From Octopus vulgaris (lineage: Eukaryota), in NCBI GenBank assembly GCA_951406725.2, contig OX597816.1:125674001-125738000 (forward strand): DNA of 64,000 bases, given 5' to 3'. This document shows, in pieces, positions 26,561 to 41,312 of this stretch. Numbering within the stretch: the stretch's first letter is position 1; the number at the start of each line of letters is the position of its first letter. A program made the translations under genes and the position numbers. Below the pieces are notes generated by a model. That model did no database searches and was not told the DNA's origin. It saw nothing but the letters and a program-made list of their open reading frames with translations.

Positions 26561-27304
26561 TGAATGCTGCAATCGACTGTCGTCTAGTTCAGAGAGAATG
26601 TGGTGATATGAGTCCCTTGTACGTCATGGAATCCGGGTAACTGGTCTTATAAGACCGAGGACTCAAGAAAAGACTTTAAAAAACCCATACAAACACTTAC
26701 TATTGTTACTTTCTCAAGCTGCATCTCAACTTACGTAGCAACATATTCTTACACATCATTTGTTTTTATTGAGATTGTGTTTTTATTCAAGAAAGCATCT
26801 TACTTTATTGTGGTACTTCACTTATTAAAGCATATTTTGTCAACAATTTAATTTTTATGTAAAAGATTTCTACCATTTTATGAAATTAGTATAATTTTAG
26901 TCTAATGATGTCAATGAGAGTTGTATGTTTTTATCTTGTTGCAACATGTTATAGATGTAAGAGTTTTTCTTTACATTGTTCAATAATTTTCAATTCTAAT
27001 CAAATAACTTCCACGACTAACTTCGATGCTTTAATTTTATTATATAACTGATGAAAATTTAATTCGTAAAGTGCAGTATATTTCTTGACGCTTGTTGCAT
27101 CTTTCAACAATATATTTTCTCTAACAACCAGAGATTATAGATTCTGGGAGTTCTGTAATATAGGTGTTTTCAAATGTTCATGTGAGAAAACACAGAGGCA
27201 TAGACTGTAACTGAAATACACTGGTTATGAAAATAACATCCCACAAATAAAGCATATATTTTCTATGTACGTGAAAATATCATTTATATAATATGTTCTT
27301 TTTC

Positions 27305-27513
27305 TACTATAGACACAATGCCTAAATTTTGGGGAGAGGAGGCAAGACGAGTACATCACCCCCACTACTTAATTAGTACTTATTTTATCACTATTCGAAA
27401 GGGGTGAAAAGTAATGTTGAATTGGGCGGTATTTGTGCTCAGAACGTAAAGATTCAGAATAAATGCCACTAAAATTTTGTCTGAAGTGCTAAAGATTTTG
27501 CCAGTTCGCCGCC
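27305..27513 (-). mobile_element. SINE family B copy
   Basis: Reverse head tttgccagttcgccgcc and reverse central box gtacttattttatcactattcgaaagggg. Confidence 0.75.
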
Positions 27514-28070
27514 TTATGTCATTTATATGATAGAATATAAATACATAAATTGTATTTGTAATTCTAAAGACTGAATTTAGTATATCTATAACCTTCAAAT
27601 CACAGAGTTGGAAGGAATCTTAAAATATTGTATGTATGTTATTGGTAGTCATGCACAGTATATCAGTTTCAGTAACTTCAAGTTGATTAGTGTTAGGTAC
27701 TGCTTAATTATGAGAACTAATATCATTTCATTAAAATTAAGGCTTTCAATTTGGTATTACATTGGAATATATAACATGATACTGAGAAATTTTCTATTCA
27801 AGCTGCGCTAAGATGAATTTAACACTTTCACAATATACAAAGTATTAAGAGCTACATTACGAATGTGAGCGAATATTTCCCCCTTGATTACAACGCTGAT
27901 TTATTGCGGCAAGTATATTTTAGAGAAAGATGTATGCCTCTTTAGAGTATGGGGCAAATAGAAACGCAACGGTATATCTCTACTGGGATATGAATTAATG
28001 ATCCATGTATTGGTTGCAAGCAGAATTAAGGTAAACTGACAACTTCATTATCAATATATGACTAATTATT

Positions 28071-28275
28071 GGTTCCAAATTTTGGCACAAGGTCAGTAGG
28101 TTCAGGAGAGGGTGACGTCGATTACATTATTGAACTGGTACTTATTTTATCGGTCCACGAAGGATAAGAGGCAAAGTCGACCTTGATAGAATTAGAACTA
28201 AGAATGTAAAAGATGTCGCGAAGCGTTTTGCCCAGTGTGCTAACGATTCTACCAGCTCACTGCCTTATCTGTATT
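28071..28275 (-). mobile_element. SINE family B copy with 10-bp TSD
   Basis: ggtacttattttatcgg..ggcaaagtcgacc..gctaacgattctaccagctcactgcc. actaattatt occurs at 28061-70 and 28276-85. Confidence 0.8.
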
Positions 28276-30059
28276 ACTAATTATTAAGATGTAATAGCTG
28301 AATGTTAAATAATAGATTGAAATTCATATTTCTTTTAGGCTGTCCTCCAAGCCAAGCTATATAATTATATAAATTCTATTGCTTTTTCTTTCAATTGTAT
28401 TTATTTAACATGAATTTATTTTTTTTATAAATCTGTAAATTTGAATAAATTCATTTTAGCAGTGTATGCACTTACAAATTATTATACAATCACATATAAA
28501 ACCATTAAAAAGATGAATATAAAATTATTTTTCCATGAAATTATTTTTCATCAATCTAACGTTTATTTCTTTAGAATTCTAAAATTTAGACATGAAATAT
28601 TTAGCAACAAGAATTTTTTAAAATACCAAATGCAGTGAAACTAACGCACAAGAATATTCTTATTGCAGTTGCCCTAAGCATCTGTCTTTGAAAGATATTT
28701 TTCATATATTTAGGTATTCTTTCTCCTTCCGATTTCACTTGATGTGTTTCGTGTTCTTACACAAATTACCAATAATGTTTTCCTTCTATCTACGATAGCG
28801 TATAAAGGTATATCGGTACATTATATTACAGAACAATGATTTATGAGAACAGCTTCGGGTAAAGAGTACTAATTAAAATTAAAAGTTCTACAATTTTAGA
28901 AAACGTGTGTAAAATGTAAGAGAAAGTATTTGCAAAACTTTAGTTTCGTTTGGCCTTAAACTATAAAACATTTATCCTGGTTGAACAGTAATTTCTATTG
29001 ATGAAGTTCAATACGAATGGAATCTAGAATACTACAGTACCGCTTCGTCAAATCTCACAGAATTGTCTTGCATAAGAATTAAATTCATGGAACATTAATT
29101 TCTAACAAACTCAGTAAGGTGGAGCAGAGTGTATATTTTGAGTTCATACAAATATTTAAATAACTGTCAGGTCGATAAATGTAACGGAGAAAAATAATCC
29201 CCGTGTGGTTCAGAACATGTGAACTTACTTTAGGCAAAAATTTCATGGGATATGATTTTAGTAAAATTAATTGGAAACGAAATGAAACAAAAATAGATAG
29301 AAATTCTCTCAATATAATACTACTCTAAATAATTCACACACGCACGCGCGCACCCGCCCACCTCATACATACACACACACATTCATATATACATACAAAT
29401 GATTATATATATAAATATAAATGAGTGTGTGTGTGTGTGTGTGCATATATGTATGTATGTGTCTGTATGTATATATACATATATATACGTATAGATATGA
29501 AACACTAGTTTGATAAATTTAGCTGAATTTAGCTGAATGTCTACTTATATTAACGAAACTATGATTTACAGATGGGAAAGCGCATCCAAAATATTTTTAT
29601 GTAGGAACAGAAGGGAAATAACCGGAATGAAATTAACTAAAATGTTCAAACTCAACGACAAATATTGAAATTAAATGAATCTCTTTAATATAATGAGTTT
29701 AAAATACAGATAAATAATTATAGATTACTTTTAAAACAGAATTTAATTTGCTTGAGTGTATATATAATTGTGTATTTTAATCACACATTAATATATTAGT
29801 AAATTATCAGTTACACATAAATCAAGTTGTCAGACATTGTAATTGAAAATAAGAACTGTGAAATACACCTTTTAATATAATTAAGTTAACTTATATAATT
29901 TAGAACACAATAATTTCATTAAACCTAAATACTTCAAATTAGGATTCAGACTGTTCTCGTCTTCATAATTTGAATTATGTAGGATAATATTAAATCTTAG
30001 TTTCCCTTTAAAAAAATGCTGTACAATATTTAATGTTAAATTAGAGAATAGGGTAGAGT

Positions 30060-30331
30060 CGTACGCATACACAGGCATATATAAACTCGCCTTGCTGCCT
30101 TACTTTCCACCCGGATATCAGCAATAAAGACTTTCGAACTTTCCTTCTTCATTCCACCATGTCCCACCAGGAAATACTTACCGAAATTAAAAATTGCTAA
30201 TAGTCGCTTCAAATCAAGAAAGCTAACGATGTTCACATTGCCTCTGTTACTACACTGAAACAATATTTTATAGTTATCTTCATAACGGTCAAACACTTTA
30301 ATCATTTCCACTCTTTCTCTCTCTCTCTTTC

Positions 30332-30404
<73 letters not shown>

Positions 30405-30600
30405 CTCTTTGACGATCTTTGGGAGGAAGCTCCTTGTAAAGTATTAAAATAATGGCATCATTTGACGGAGCTCTCTCTGGGATCCACACTAGCTTAATTT
30501 TGGAGTTCTGAAACATATCGTTTCTTTCTCCACGTACTCACATACTCTTTACTACATATCCGCCATCCCCAGCAAATTACTTTCAAATTCATATGAAATT
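30060..30600 (-). mobile_element. Degenerate RTE-like LINE fragment split by (TC)n
   Basis: Minus-strand TWWNEE followed by KAARRVY resembles the RTE endonuclease-RT linker. (TC)n run at 30311-30401. Confidence 0.4.
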
Positions 30601-30638
30601 ATTCCGTTAATCCTCCCTAAACATCTGTACTTATGCTA

Positions 30639-31425
30639 TTAGGTTGTCAAGAAAGTTCTTACGGAATTTTAAATTTTGGTTTTAAATTATGTATTTTCAA
30701 ATTAATTTTCGTTAAATTACTTTGAATTTATATATCATTTTAAAGCCCGTATTTTACTCTATCTAAACGTGTTGCTCCTTTTCTTTTTTAATAATTAGAC
30801 CATTTTTTCCGGAACGTTGAATACAACATAGACAAAAAGCAAATTCGCACAATTTTCTTATTCCTGTTCAAGCTAGGTCGAAAAGCTGTTGAAACAGCTT
30901 TCGATATCAACCACTAATGAACGTACAGCACAATGGTGGTTCAAGAAATTTCGTAGCGGTGACGAGAATCTTGAAGAGGATAAGCGTAGTGGTCGGCCAT
31001 CGGATGTTGACAACGATCAATTAAAAGCTTTAGATGAAGCTAATCCACGCACAACTGTTCGAGAGCTTACTTCTGAATTAGACGTAACGTAAATGACAAT
31101 GTTCAACCACTTGAAAGAGATTGGAAAAACAAAAATACTTGAGAATTGAACGACAACCAAAAGAAAACGCCGTTTTGAAGTGTCGTCTTCCCTTTTACGA
31201 AACAAGAACGACCCGTTTCTTGACCGGATTGTGACTTGCGATGAAAAGTAGATTCTTTATGACAATCAGCGACGCTCAGCTCAATGGTTGGACGCCGACG
31301 AAGCTTCACGGCACTTCCCGAAACCAAAGTTGCAGCAAAAGAAGGTCATGGTGATTGTTTGGTGGTCTGCGGCCGGTCTCATCTATCGCAGCTTTTTGGA
31401 TCCAGGCGATACCATTACGGTTGAG
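30639..31425 (+). mobile_element. Hsmar1-like (cecropia subfamily) mariner, 3'-truncated transposase pseudogene
   Basis: TA|ttaggttg TIR. DKKQIRTIFLF..GRKA; NERTAQWWFKKF..RSGRPSDVDNDQL; RRFEVSSSL..PFLDRIVTCDEK*ILYDN; HFPKPKLQQKKVMVIVWWSAAGLI. The start codon reads ATA at 30828 and there are stops. Confidence 0.92.
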
Positions 31426-32787
31426 TGTCTGGTCCCTGGATTTTCTACAGTTCCCATTTTGTATTTCTGTAGCAGTTTTCTTTCAACTGTTAGTGTTGTG
31501 CATTCATTATAACCCCAGCCGGTATAAAGGACTTGCGAGGGACATGAGAACAGACATTTCCTCCAGGCAAAACCAATAACATAAAATATGAAAACTTGCC
31601 GGTAGATGCCGTTATTCTCACTCTTCTGTAATGGAAGTTGCATAAGCACATAAATTTAAATACACATATGAAATATGATATACAGTTTTTCGAAATTCAC
31701 ATTTTGATATGACCATTTCTTCGCAGAATTAATTCCTAATGGTTATATATATTCGAGTATACATGGAGAGACTATTTTCAAGCTGACAGAAAATTTAATA
31801 TTATCTCCTAAACCTAAAGTATGACATCCCTTATTTTGTTTCGGAATTCTAGATCTCTGTCAGCGTATTTCTGCTTACAAAAAATTTTCGCCAGTTGTGT
31901 TTTTCTTGCAATGACGTTTGTGGGAAATCAGTAACGATAGAAACGCGTTGTCTGTTCTCTAATCCAATTAGTGTGATGCGATTCCTTGAAACAGAACAAA
32001 TTATGCTTAAGGAATTCACTATACGAGTTTGGGAATTTAGTAATTAACAACTTTCAGCTTCCAGGAAAGTAGAGTATTTCCTCTTTCACGTCTAAGTGAT
32101 ACATTTATTTAATATAAACTAAAAGATTGAAAGCACGTGATTGACGATGCTACGCAAATAAATTACTTTTAATAGAAGGAACAGATTATCCTTGAAGTAA
32201 TCATTTCAAGGAAAATAAATTTTACACATGAGATGAAACTTGTCTTTGTTTACATGTTAACTACTTAAGATATTTAATGCACAATCTGTAAGATTTTATT
32301 CACATTTATACAGGAATGTCACTAATATTAATTATACAAGATGAAACAAAAATGTCATAAACGAAAGATCTAAATGAAATATAAAACGAAAGAACTACAT
32401 TATACTTCATTAATACTTTCACTTTTTCATTAGTATTCATAAAGAGTACATATTTTAAAGGCAATAAATGACCTATAGTTTTTAATTAATTAAATTTGCA
32501 CATATTTCATCAACTTGGTAATGTTTCAGATTAACTTTTCATTCCGTACCTTTCTGATTTATCTAGATAGTTAGAATTGGAACTAAAATCTTGTATTATA
32601 TTGGTATTCAATAGTGCTTACTTTTCTCTTAGACCTAAGTAATGTATTTGGAATGCGTGATGACATTTTGTTTTTCAAAACAGAAATGAGACCGCAGCAT
32701 GCGTCTTGTCTACAACATCATTCATATACAATTGTGTAGACACATAAACATATGAAATTCTGAAATCACATTACTGGTTAGAAAATG

Positions 32788-32865
<78 letters not shown>

Positions 32866-33206
32866 CATACACATACGAGCATTAGAAGCATATACACAAA
32901 TGTACGTGTAAGCATAGTCACAAACATTCACACAGACAGTAGAAACTTTGCGACCAGTGATCATATTTTCACACTTAGGCTTACACACACACGTACACAC
33001 ACACACACACACATACATACATGCACACACACAACTCACACACACACTCACACACACACACTCACACACACACACATACAGGTAAACAGTAATATGTTCT
33101 CAGCCGCAGACACTGTGAGTGCCTGCAAAGACTTGCATTTGAATACACACACATATATATATAGTCATACATGCGCAGGCATATACACATACACACACAC
33201 ATATCT

Positions 33207-33613
33207 ACTTTTACTCTTTTACTTGTTTTAGTTACTTGACTGTGGCGATGCTGGAGCACCGCCTTTAGTCGAGCAAATCGACCCCAGGACTTTTTCTTTG
33301 TGAGCCTAGTACTTATACTATCGGTCTCTTTTGCCGAACCACTAAGTTACGGGGACGTAAATACACCAGCATCGGTTGTCAAGCGATGTTGGGGGGACAA
33401 GTACAGACACACAAACTTATACACACACATAGATATACATATATATACATATATACGACAGGCTTCTTTCAGTTTCCGTCTACCAAATCTACTTACAAGG
33501 ATTTGGTCGGCCCGGGGCTATAGTGGAAGACACTTGCCCAAGTTGCCACGCAGTGGGACTGAACCCGAAACCATGTGGTTGGTAAGCAAACTACCTACCA
33601 CACTGCCACTCCT
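33207..33613 (-). mobile_element. tRNA-derived SINE family C, full length
   Basis: Reverse complement of the 53378-53746 copy, with the same head and the tail gcggtgctccagcat..gtaaaagagtaaaag. Confidence 0.9.
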
Positions 33614-33699
33614 ACGCTTTTTGTAAAATAGAATAAAACTCCGTAAGTTTAATTAAAAATAGAAGTACCTACTCTTATAGAAGCATTCTCTGCATGAGG

Positions 33700-34170
33700 C
33701 ACATACATGCAAACTTGTAGAGTTGGGACTGGATTAGGAAGGGAAACTGAAACTATTGAAATTTAGGGGAGAAGTTGATGTGTTGTTTTTTGTGTTTCTA
33801 GGCCTATAATACTTCATGGTATTGAGAAATGCCGAACACGGAAATAGTAGCAAATGGAGCTGTCAGGAATGTTGAAATTGTTGGCTACAGACCGGCCGTT
33901 CTGCGTTGGAAAATACAGTGAGAGTTCTTGCAGAGGCAATCGTCCAGGCGACGGTTTCTTTCTCTAGCCTATATTGTTTCCTATAATTCAGTTTAATTCA
34001 GTGTTCGCAGTGTCCACCCGAAGATTTTTCTGCTGTGAAACGGGTCCTCGGCTACTAATAACTGTAGTGCTAATGATGTACGGATAACGTTGGCATATGA
34101 TTGAGCCCGCTTGAAAGAGTCTGGATGGATTATGACAGGGAATTTTGAAACTTCTAATGATATAAAATAT
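33700..34170 (-). mobile_element. Penelope-like GIY-YIG remnant
   Basis: ICQRYPYIISTTVISSRGP, then RRLDDCL and SVANNFNIPDSS, parallel to the PLE pattern CxxCPxI..GP..YIG.T.RRLxDR..PVAxHFN. Confidence 0.55.
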
Positions 34171-35019
34171 GCGTATGTATGTGTACACGTATATGAGTTT
34201 GTGTACCTTCATGTTTGTGTTTGTCTATAAAAATTCTTCCAAGAATTAAGTATTAAAAATATCTTATTTTGCTTATAGATTGTATCTGCAAAAAGCGTGT
34301 TAGCCGGTACTTCTTTGCTCGAAAATTCTAGCCTTTTCCAAGTTGTTGCTTAGACATTTACAAATTTAACTAAATGCAGCAATATCTATTGAGATTAATG
34401 TGAATTGATAATATGGTCAGGGGAGCTGAAGGTTTCGAAGTCCATGAATATTCTCATTGTCGTTGAATTTAGAAGATATTCACATCATCATAGTGGGATA
34501 TCGTCTTCTTGTAAGAAGAAAGCTCTAATTACCACTGTTAATTTTTCCTCAAGATTTAGGACAGACTCCTAATACATTTGTTAATTTTTTCCAGGCGTTG
34601 TTCTTGGTGTACTGTGAATTTATCATCCGTCTTTCACTTTGTAATAGCAATTAAGTGCCCTATTCCGTAGCATAAATTCTTTACATTTCCATCTAGTGTT
34701 TTATCCATCTATGTCGCATTTTGTGTTCTTTCAGAATAACAATAGCCAAATATATAGATAAGCATCGATATTTTGATATATATCTTTACATTTTTATCCA
34801 ATCTCCAACGATATCATCAATATCTTTTATCAATAAGTTTTACCACGCCACTTTCTGTAATGGCTGTGCTCATCATTTTAGCACACAAGTATGTATGCCT
34901 CATTATTTTTTGTGTATGCATGTGTGTATTACATGTGTGTGGTGTGTGCGTGTGTGCATGTGTTCGGCCTAAAAACCTCACATAGATAATCCCTACGATG
35001 TCGTATTAAGTTTTACATT

Positions 35020-36560
35020 CATACGATTGAGTGTATTCGGAGATTGCGAATCAATTTGAATCAATTTACTTATTTAGAGAACTCCAGAACTTGTAGCTTT
35101 TCATGAAGCTCTGTTGTTATGTCGTCAACTACATCTATGATGCTAGGTACACATATAACCTTGAAAGAAAAGCCATAGATTTGTCTTTTGCTCTCCATTG
35201 ATTTTCTGATTTTTCCCTTATTAATATGAGTTTCACATCCGTCGGATAATTGATCCCTACAATAGCGCAAGGCTTTTTGTTCTCCTCCTAAAACTAACTA
35301 GCCTGTTGTATTTACACCGAGCTGTTGTTTTTATTGGAATGTTCTACCTATATTCTTTGTTTTGAAGAGATTTAGGTTCTGTTGTGTTTTTGGTGTGACT
35401 GACAGAACATTCCTTCCTATTTATAGCATAGCAGACATTCTTAGCGACATCATGTCTTATGAGTGGACAATTTTGAACAACTACTGGTGGTGCAGAGGAT
35501 TTCTTACACACTTGTATGACACGATTGACATTTTCTAAAACAACGGAACGAACTAGAAGTGTCCTTATTTATTTGTTGGACAGGTATTTAGTAGCTGTCT
35601 CCTGGATATCAAAAATGCAGCTTTCTAGATGTGATTTCTTGTATCTATTGCAGGTCCAATATAAGCTACTGTCATTATTGTTCGATAATCTCTAACTAGC
35701 GGGATATGTTCTCATCCATAATCTGTTGCTGATATTATGTGTACTTTTTGTAACTCAATCCAGATACTATTGGTTCACATGTAACAACTGTACACGCCGA
35801 ATACCTATTCAAGATTTCAAAGTCCAATCTCATGATATTATTACATTCAATCTTGAGTATACACAGGAATTATTTATTTCTATTTCCTCTATTCAGCAGG
35901 TATAGTCTAGATGACTCAAAGACTGTCTAATCCGATGTTATGTGTAATTGAGGAAGCAAAATTTGTCTGCCATTGCTAATACCTTCCTAGTCTTTATGTC
36001 CTTGTTGCGGATTTCTTCAAGTGTTCAGTCTCGTACCCGAATGTTGGTATTAGCACTATGAAATCATGATAGTATAGTTTTGCTAAATCCACATACGTCC
36101 AACTTCCATATCATCCGAACTCTACAGAAGGGCTCTGTTATTACTCAAGCTTTACTCGCAGCACCAATGTACGCAATATTTTCGTCCAATCCAAATTTAT
36201 AACATTTCTCATTGGTTATAGAAGAAATAGACAGCCTGTTGGTGTCCTTATTCCTTGCCTTATTCAACTACCGAATATAAACAATAATCCTAGATAAACT
36301 ACATCCTTACGTCACGCGAGGGTGTTGTGAGCAATTCTGTTTCTTAGTGTCTCGAATATTACTCAAATAAAACACAAAGTCACCAACAAAAATGTGTGGC
36401 TGACATTAATTTTCTTTCATCAGCAGATACTATCATGTAGCCAATCCATTTTCTTAACAGGACTGACAAGGTGTTCATTGATAGTATGAAAATCGTTAGA
36501 GATAAGCAGTCAGTGTGATATATTCCAGTTGATTCTGTTAGTGACCATAATAGTAGCTTC
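35020..36560 (-). mobile_element. Old R4/Dong-like LINE remnant
   Basis: GIYHTDCLSLTIFILSMNTLSVLL..GY (cf. GIFQGDSLSPLLF..PLS) and C-terminal KVICVPSIIDVVD..L (cf. VPIVIGALG). Confidence 0.6.
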
Positions 36561-36705
36561 ATATGTATATTAACATATGTATTTTGATGGAGTGATACAG
36601 AGAGAGAGAAAGAGGGAGATGAATGGATTGGTAAATGTATATGGATATATGAACATAAGAATATATATGTGCATGTATATACACGTCTTTATGAGATAAG
36701 CACAA

Positions 36706-36782
<77 letters not shown>

Positions 36783-37441
36783 CGCACATACATGCACATT
36801 TTATGTGTGTGTATGCCTTTATGATATAATCAATGTAGTCGTATAATATCTGTCAGCCTGTTGTCTTCACAGTCAATTTATAGAAATGAGTGAGAGATGT
36901 TTAAAAGTTTCCGGTATTTTTTTCTAAATATTTATATCAAACTAAAGAATTGATTATTTAAAACATATATTCTAAGCGATGAATAGAATGCAAATAAAGT
37001 AATTTTTTAAGCTTTAAATTTCTTTGATAACTTGTAATTGTATTACAGGATTTTGAATAGGGTTATAGGATAACTTACAAAAGAAACCCTACTTAATTTA
37101 AATGTGTAACTGTTAAAATGTCTAGGTTTACCTTGAAGCTAAAACTAAGATGAAAGATCAAATTTGCGCAATATTTTATATTTTTACGTTCTCGGTATCA
37201 GTAGTACAGAGCATAGCAAAGAATCACTGTCAGTACTCATGTATAAAATGTATTAGAGGCATAAAAAGTTCTTTGATATATTTTACAACTTAGGCATCAT
37301 TCTTTGGCTTTGTATTAGCTGTTTGATACCAAAGTATTATAGTCTGTCTGCCTACTCTGACCAGATGCTTATAAGCCTTTATATACATACCTTTCTTTCC
37401 CCCACCCCAATCCAAATGCACCCATAATGTTATGTATCTTA

Positions 37442-37445
<4 letters not shown>

Positions 37446-37516
<71 letters not shown>

Positions 37517-37920
37517 TGCACATATAAAATAAAATCCGACATATTTACACACACAGAGGCACACACAGATACGCATACGTACATACATACATACATACAT
37601 ACATACATACATGCATACATACATTCGTAAATACATACATGCATGCATACATACATACATACATACATACATACATACATACATACATACATACATGCAT
37701 GCATGCATACATACGTACGTACATACATACATACATGCATACATACATACATATATACATACATACATACATACATACATACATACATACATACATACAT
37801 ACATACATACATACATACATACATACATACATACGTACGTACATACGTACATACGTAAAGAAAGAAAGAAAGAAAGAACGAAAGAAAGAAAGAAAAAAAG
37901 AAAGAAAGAAAAATAAAGAA
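37446..37920. repeat. Compound (TA)n, (TACA)n, (AAAG)n microsatellite block
   Basis: Seen directly; explains the MYVC and HTYI ORFs. Confidence 0.97.
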
Positions 37921-38823
37921 AGCAAAATGAGCTAGTGGGAGGAAACGAAAACGAATACAAATAGATTCACATATGCAACATATAAGTTTATGTGCTTGAG
38001 AAGTCAGTTTATGTGTACGAACAATATGAATTGATATGAAAATCTGTATCTCACATTTTAGATTTTAGACAAAGATATATCTGAAAATGTTGAAATTCTA
38101 AAGAATATATTATCTAAATTGCTAAGAACTATAAACTATTCCAGATGTCTTTTCCTGATAATGTCTTTGTCTCGTCAGTAACTTTCATGTTAAAGTATTG
38201 TATACATAGAGACCTTGTTCAATAATTAGGTCCCCAAGCTAGCACTGGCATTAATGCCTGTCTCATAATTACAAACAATAAGCTGTAAATAACATACTTC
38301 TCATACACGCATATATAATTATATACATAAACGCATACAAGCCTACTTAAAAAATAAATAGTAATGGACGTACTTACACTCACACACACACTCATGTATA
38401 TATATAAATGCTTATATAACACCAAGTTTCTAGGTATGCATGTACTATGTATGCATGCTTGTATATATTTATAAGTGTGTGAGCGGGTATATGCTACATG
38501 TATGCATTATATGCATGTATATACATATGTATGTATGTATGTATGTATGTCTCTTTATAAAGTGGTAGGATATGATTCAATGGAAATGTGGTTCATATTT
38601 CAAGTAGTTTTAGCTACAGCATAGAGGTTCATAAAAAATAGTTATTTTAGTAGTATTATTGTATTTGTCTGTTAATCTAATACGTGCAAATAGTTTTATG
38701 ATGAAGCAGATGAAATGGTGCTTTGAGTGTCTCGTATAGATGGACTCTGTTATCACTTGTAAAATGTTTTTTTTTTTTAATTTTAACATAAAGATTCAGT
38801 TTAGTATGCTCGAAAAAATTTAT

Positions 38824-39160
38824 ACAGGTTGTCAAAGCGAAAGTTGAGATTTTCAAAATGCCGTTTGAGTTCAATATAAAGCATTCAATGGCAAGAATAT
38901 TTTCGGTCATTTCTATTCATTATTAGCGGCAAAAAACGTCTTAGTCTTGCATTTAATCTTAGAACTGGAACAAAACACTTTCAATGTACATTTGTTTTTA
39001 AATTCCTTATGAAAATGACCGAATATTACGCTGTCATTAATGTATATTCGAACATCACTGTGAATATTTTTCCACAAAATTTTACTTCACTTCGATAGCA
39101 ACTAGACCGGTGTGCTTGTTGACAAAAAACTTCATTGATTAATTTGGTCAGACAACCCAT
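38824..39160. mobile_element. Possible degenerate MITE
   Basis: Ends ta|caggttgtc and gacaaccca|ta. Internal inverted pair aatattttcggtcattt (~38895) and aaaatgaccgaatatt (~39012). Confidence 0.4.
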
Positions 39161-41257
39161 ATTTGCATATGATCTTAGAAAAATACAATATAGTGTAGTA
39201 AATTCAATATTTTTCTTGTGTTTACAAATGTGCTGTAAAGATTGTAGTTTGCATAGAACGTCCTACTAGAGTCTGTCTTTCTTTAAACATCATGCCTTTA
39301 GTATTCCATGATTTGCGAGTTCATTCTAATAAAATCTAAGTTTGTTATTTCTTAGCCTTGAAAGTGAAAGATATTCTATGTATTCATTTTAAATATTGTG
39401 AAGAATAACGAACTTGCGTCGTTTCTATGCAAAAATGTTCTAAATATTATATGATCTGAATTAAATAGAAATCACTTTTCGCTTATAGCACATGTAGAGT
39501 CAGTAATATCATTTAAGAAAAGCGAGTCCTGGTGTGGTAAAATTAAGAAAAGCAGAATGGTTGTCAGTAATTACAACACGTTTGTGTTAATGAATGTTTT
39601 AAAAGTAATATAAAAACAATTAGTCTTAACACTGAAACTATTGTGTTTTATATCGATACGAGATGAAGTTACTTAAAAATTCAAATTGAATCGTAATATC
39701 GATCAAAGAATCTCCATCTTTCCGTTAGCCATCTTTACTTTGTCGATTAGCATTTACTTTTAATTTTAAAGCTATTACTAAACGGAAACAGCTTTGAGAC
39801 AGCTATTAACAACGATAACCTATAGGATTATAGTTCTGAAACGAGAATTATAATATTTTAGGACCTGTATGTCGTTTCTATAGCCTTCCACTCAGTAGAT
39901 GCTAGACAAGAGTTTGTAAGATCATTGTCAGTAAAGAAGGTATGATTTCTCAAAAATGTTATATTATTATTATAAATACTAGGATCTCTGGTTGAGCTTA
40001 CGCTATCTATTAATTTATGAATCTTAACTGCTTCTGTGATTTAGCGTCAGAGCAGGCTTGATGGAGCAAGACTATGCTCAAAGGTGCCCCATCCATGTGC
40101 AGCGCATCTATTTTAAATTATGCTGAAATACATAATCTTATGCGTAGAGTATTATGCGATAGTAGAGTATTATCTGAGGGAGATTTTGGTACTATTTCTG
40201 GTTGGTAGAGTGAATACATATAGACTTCCTTCTTTACTCTATTTCTAAATTGTTTTCTACATGGTCATCAGATTAGGAGCAACGTTAGTTAAAACAGATA
40301 TATTGCAGAATATTAAGGAAACGTTTCATGTTACAAACCAATAGAATAGCATACAAGGGAAATCTGAATTTGAGATTTTCGCAACTTCGAGTTATGTAAA
40401 TAGGCCCTTAACTGCAGATACATGCTCTTTTAACTTTCAACTAATTACAAGACATCAAGTTATTACCTATATTTCTTTCTAAAATTTCTAAGAAACCATT
40501 AAAAAGAAAGTATTAATTTTGTACTGACCAATGTATTGCAACAGTAGGTATTTTATACAAGTCAACATTTTTAGTTTCTATTCTCATTTAATGCCATTTT
40601 AATAGGTAACTGTACTTAATACAAAAGTATTGCTAATGTGTTATTAGAATATAAACTCTTAATGAGTCATATTTGTGAAATGTAAAGTTATTTTTTTTCC
40701 ATTTACATAGCAAATAGAGAACATTATGAACAGCATACAACCTTATTTCTTCTCTCTCATAAATATTAAGTCTTTTAAGTGTAGGGGTTAAGCTCAGTAT
40801 ACAAATGGTTTTGTTCCGAATTCCATTTCATTCTGTAAAAAGTCAATAAACGTTTAATTTATTCAATATTTTCAACTGTTTTATATTTATCATATTTATT
40901 ATTATCTTCTATTATAGCTATTTCACACGTTATACATCTGCGTCAATAGGTTGAATTTGTCAAATTATTTACTATAATATTTATATTTCGATAACTTTAT
41001 CTCATACCTTTCGTTTTCTACAGTGTTATATCAGGAGAAAGTAATAGATTTTATTTTCAATAAGACTGGATTTTCTCTTGAGGTATTAACATCAGTGCTT
41101 TCTTATCTGATAGTTTACGTTCTACCATATTTTAAAGTGTCAAATATTGTTTTATTTTTAATATTGTCTAAAGAAAATAACCATGTGTAAGATTATTATT
41201 CATATTTTCTGTATTATTATTTTAGGCCAAAATGCTGCGAGCTTTCATGATGTTTTT

Positions 41258-41312
<55 letters not shown>

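Noticed and set aside
27048-27080. CTGATGA core
   Set aside because: No correctly placed GAAA or stems.
30639-31425. SETMAR-like domesticated gene
   Set aside because: TIR present, start codon lost, stops and truncation, and no SET domain.
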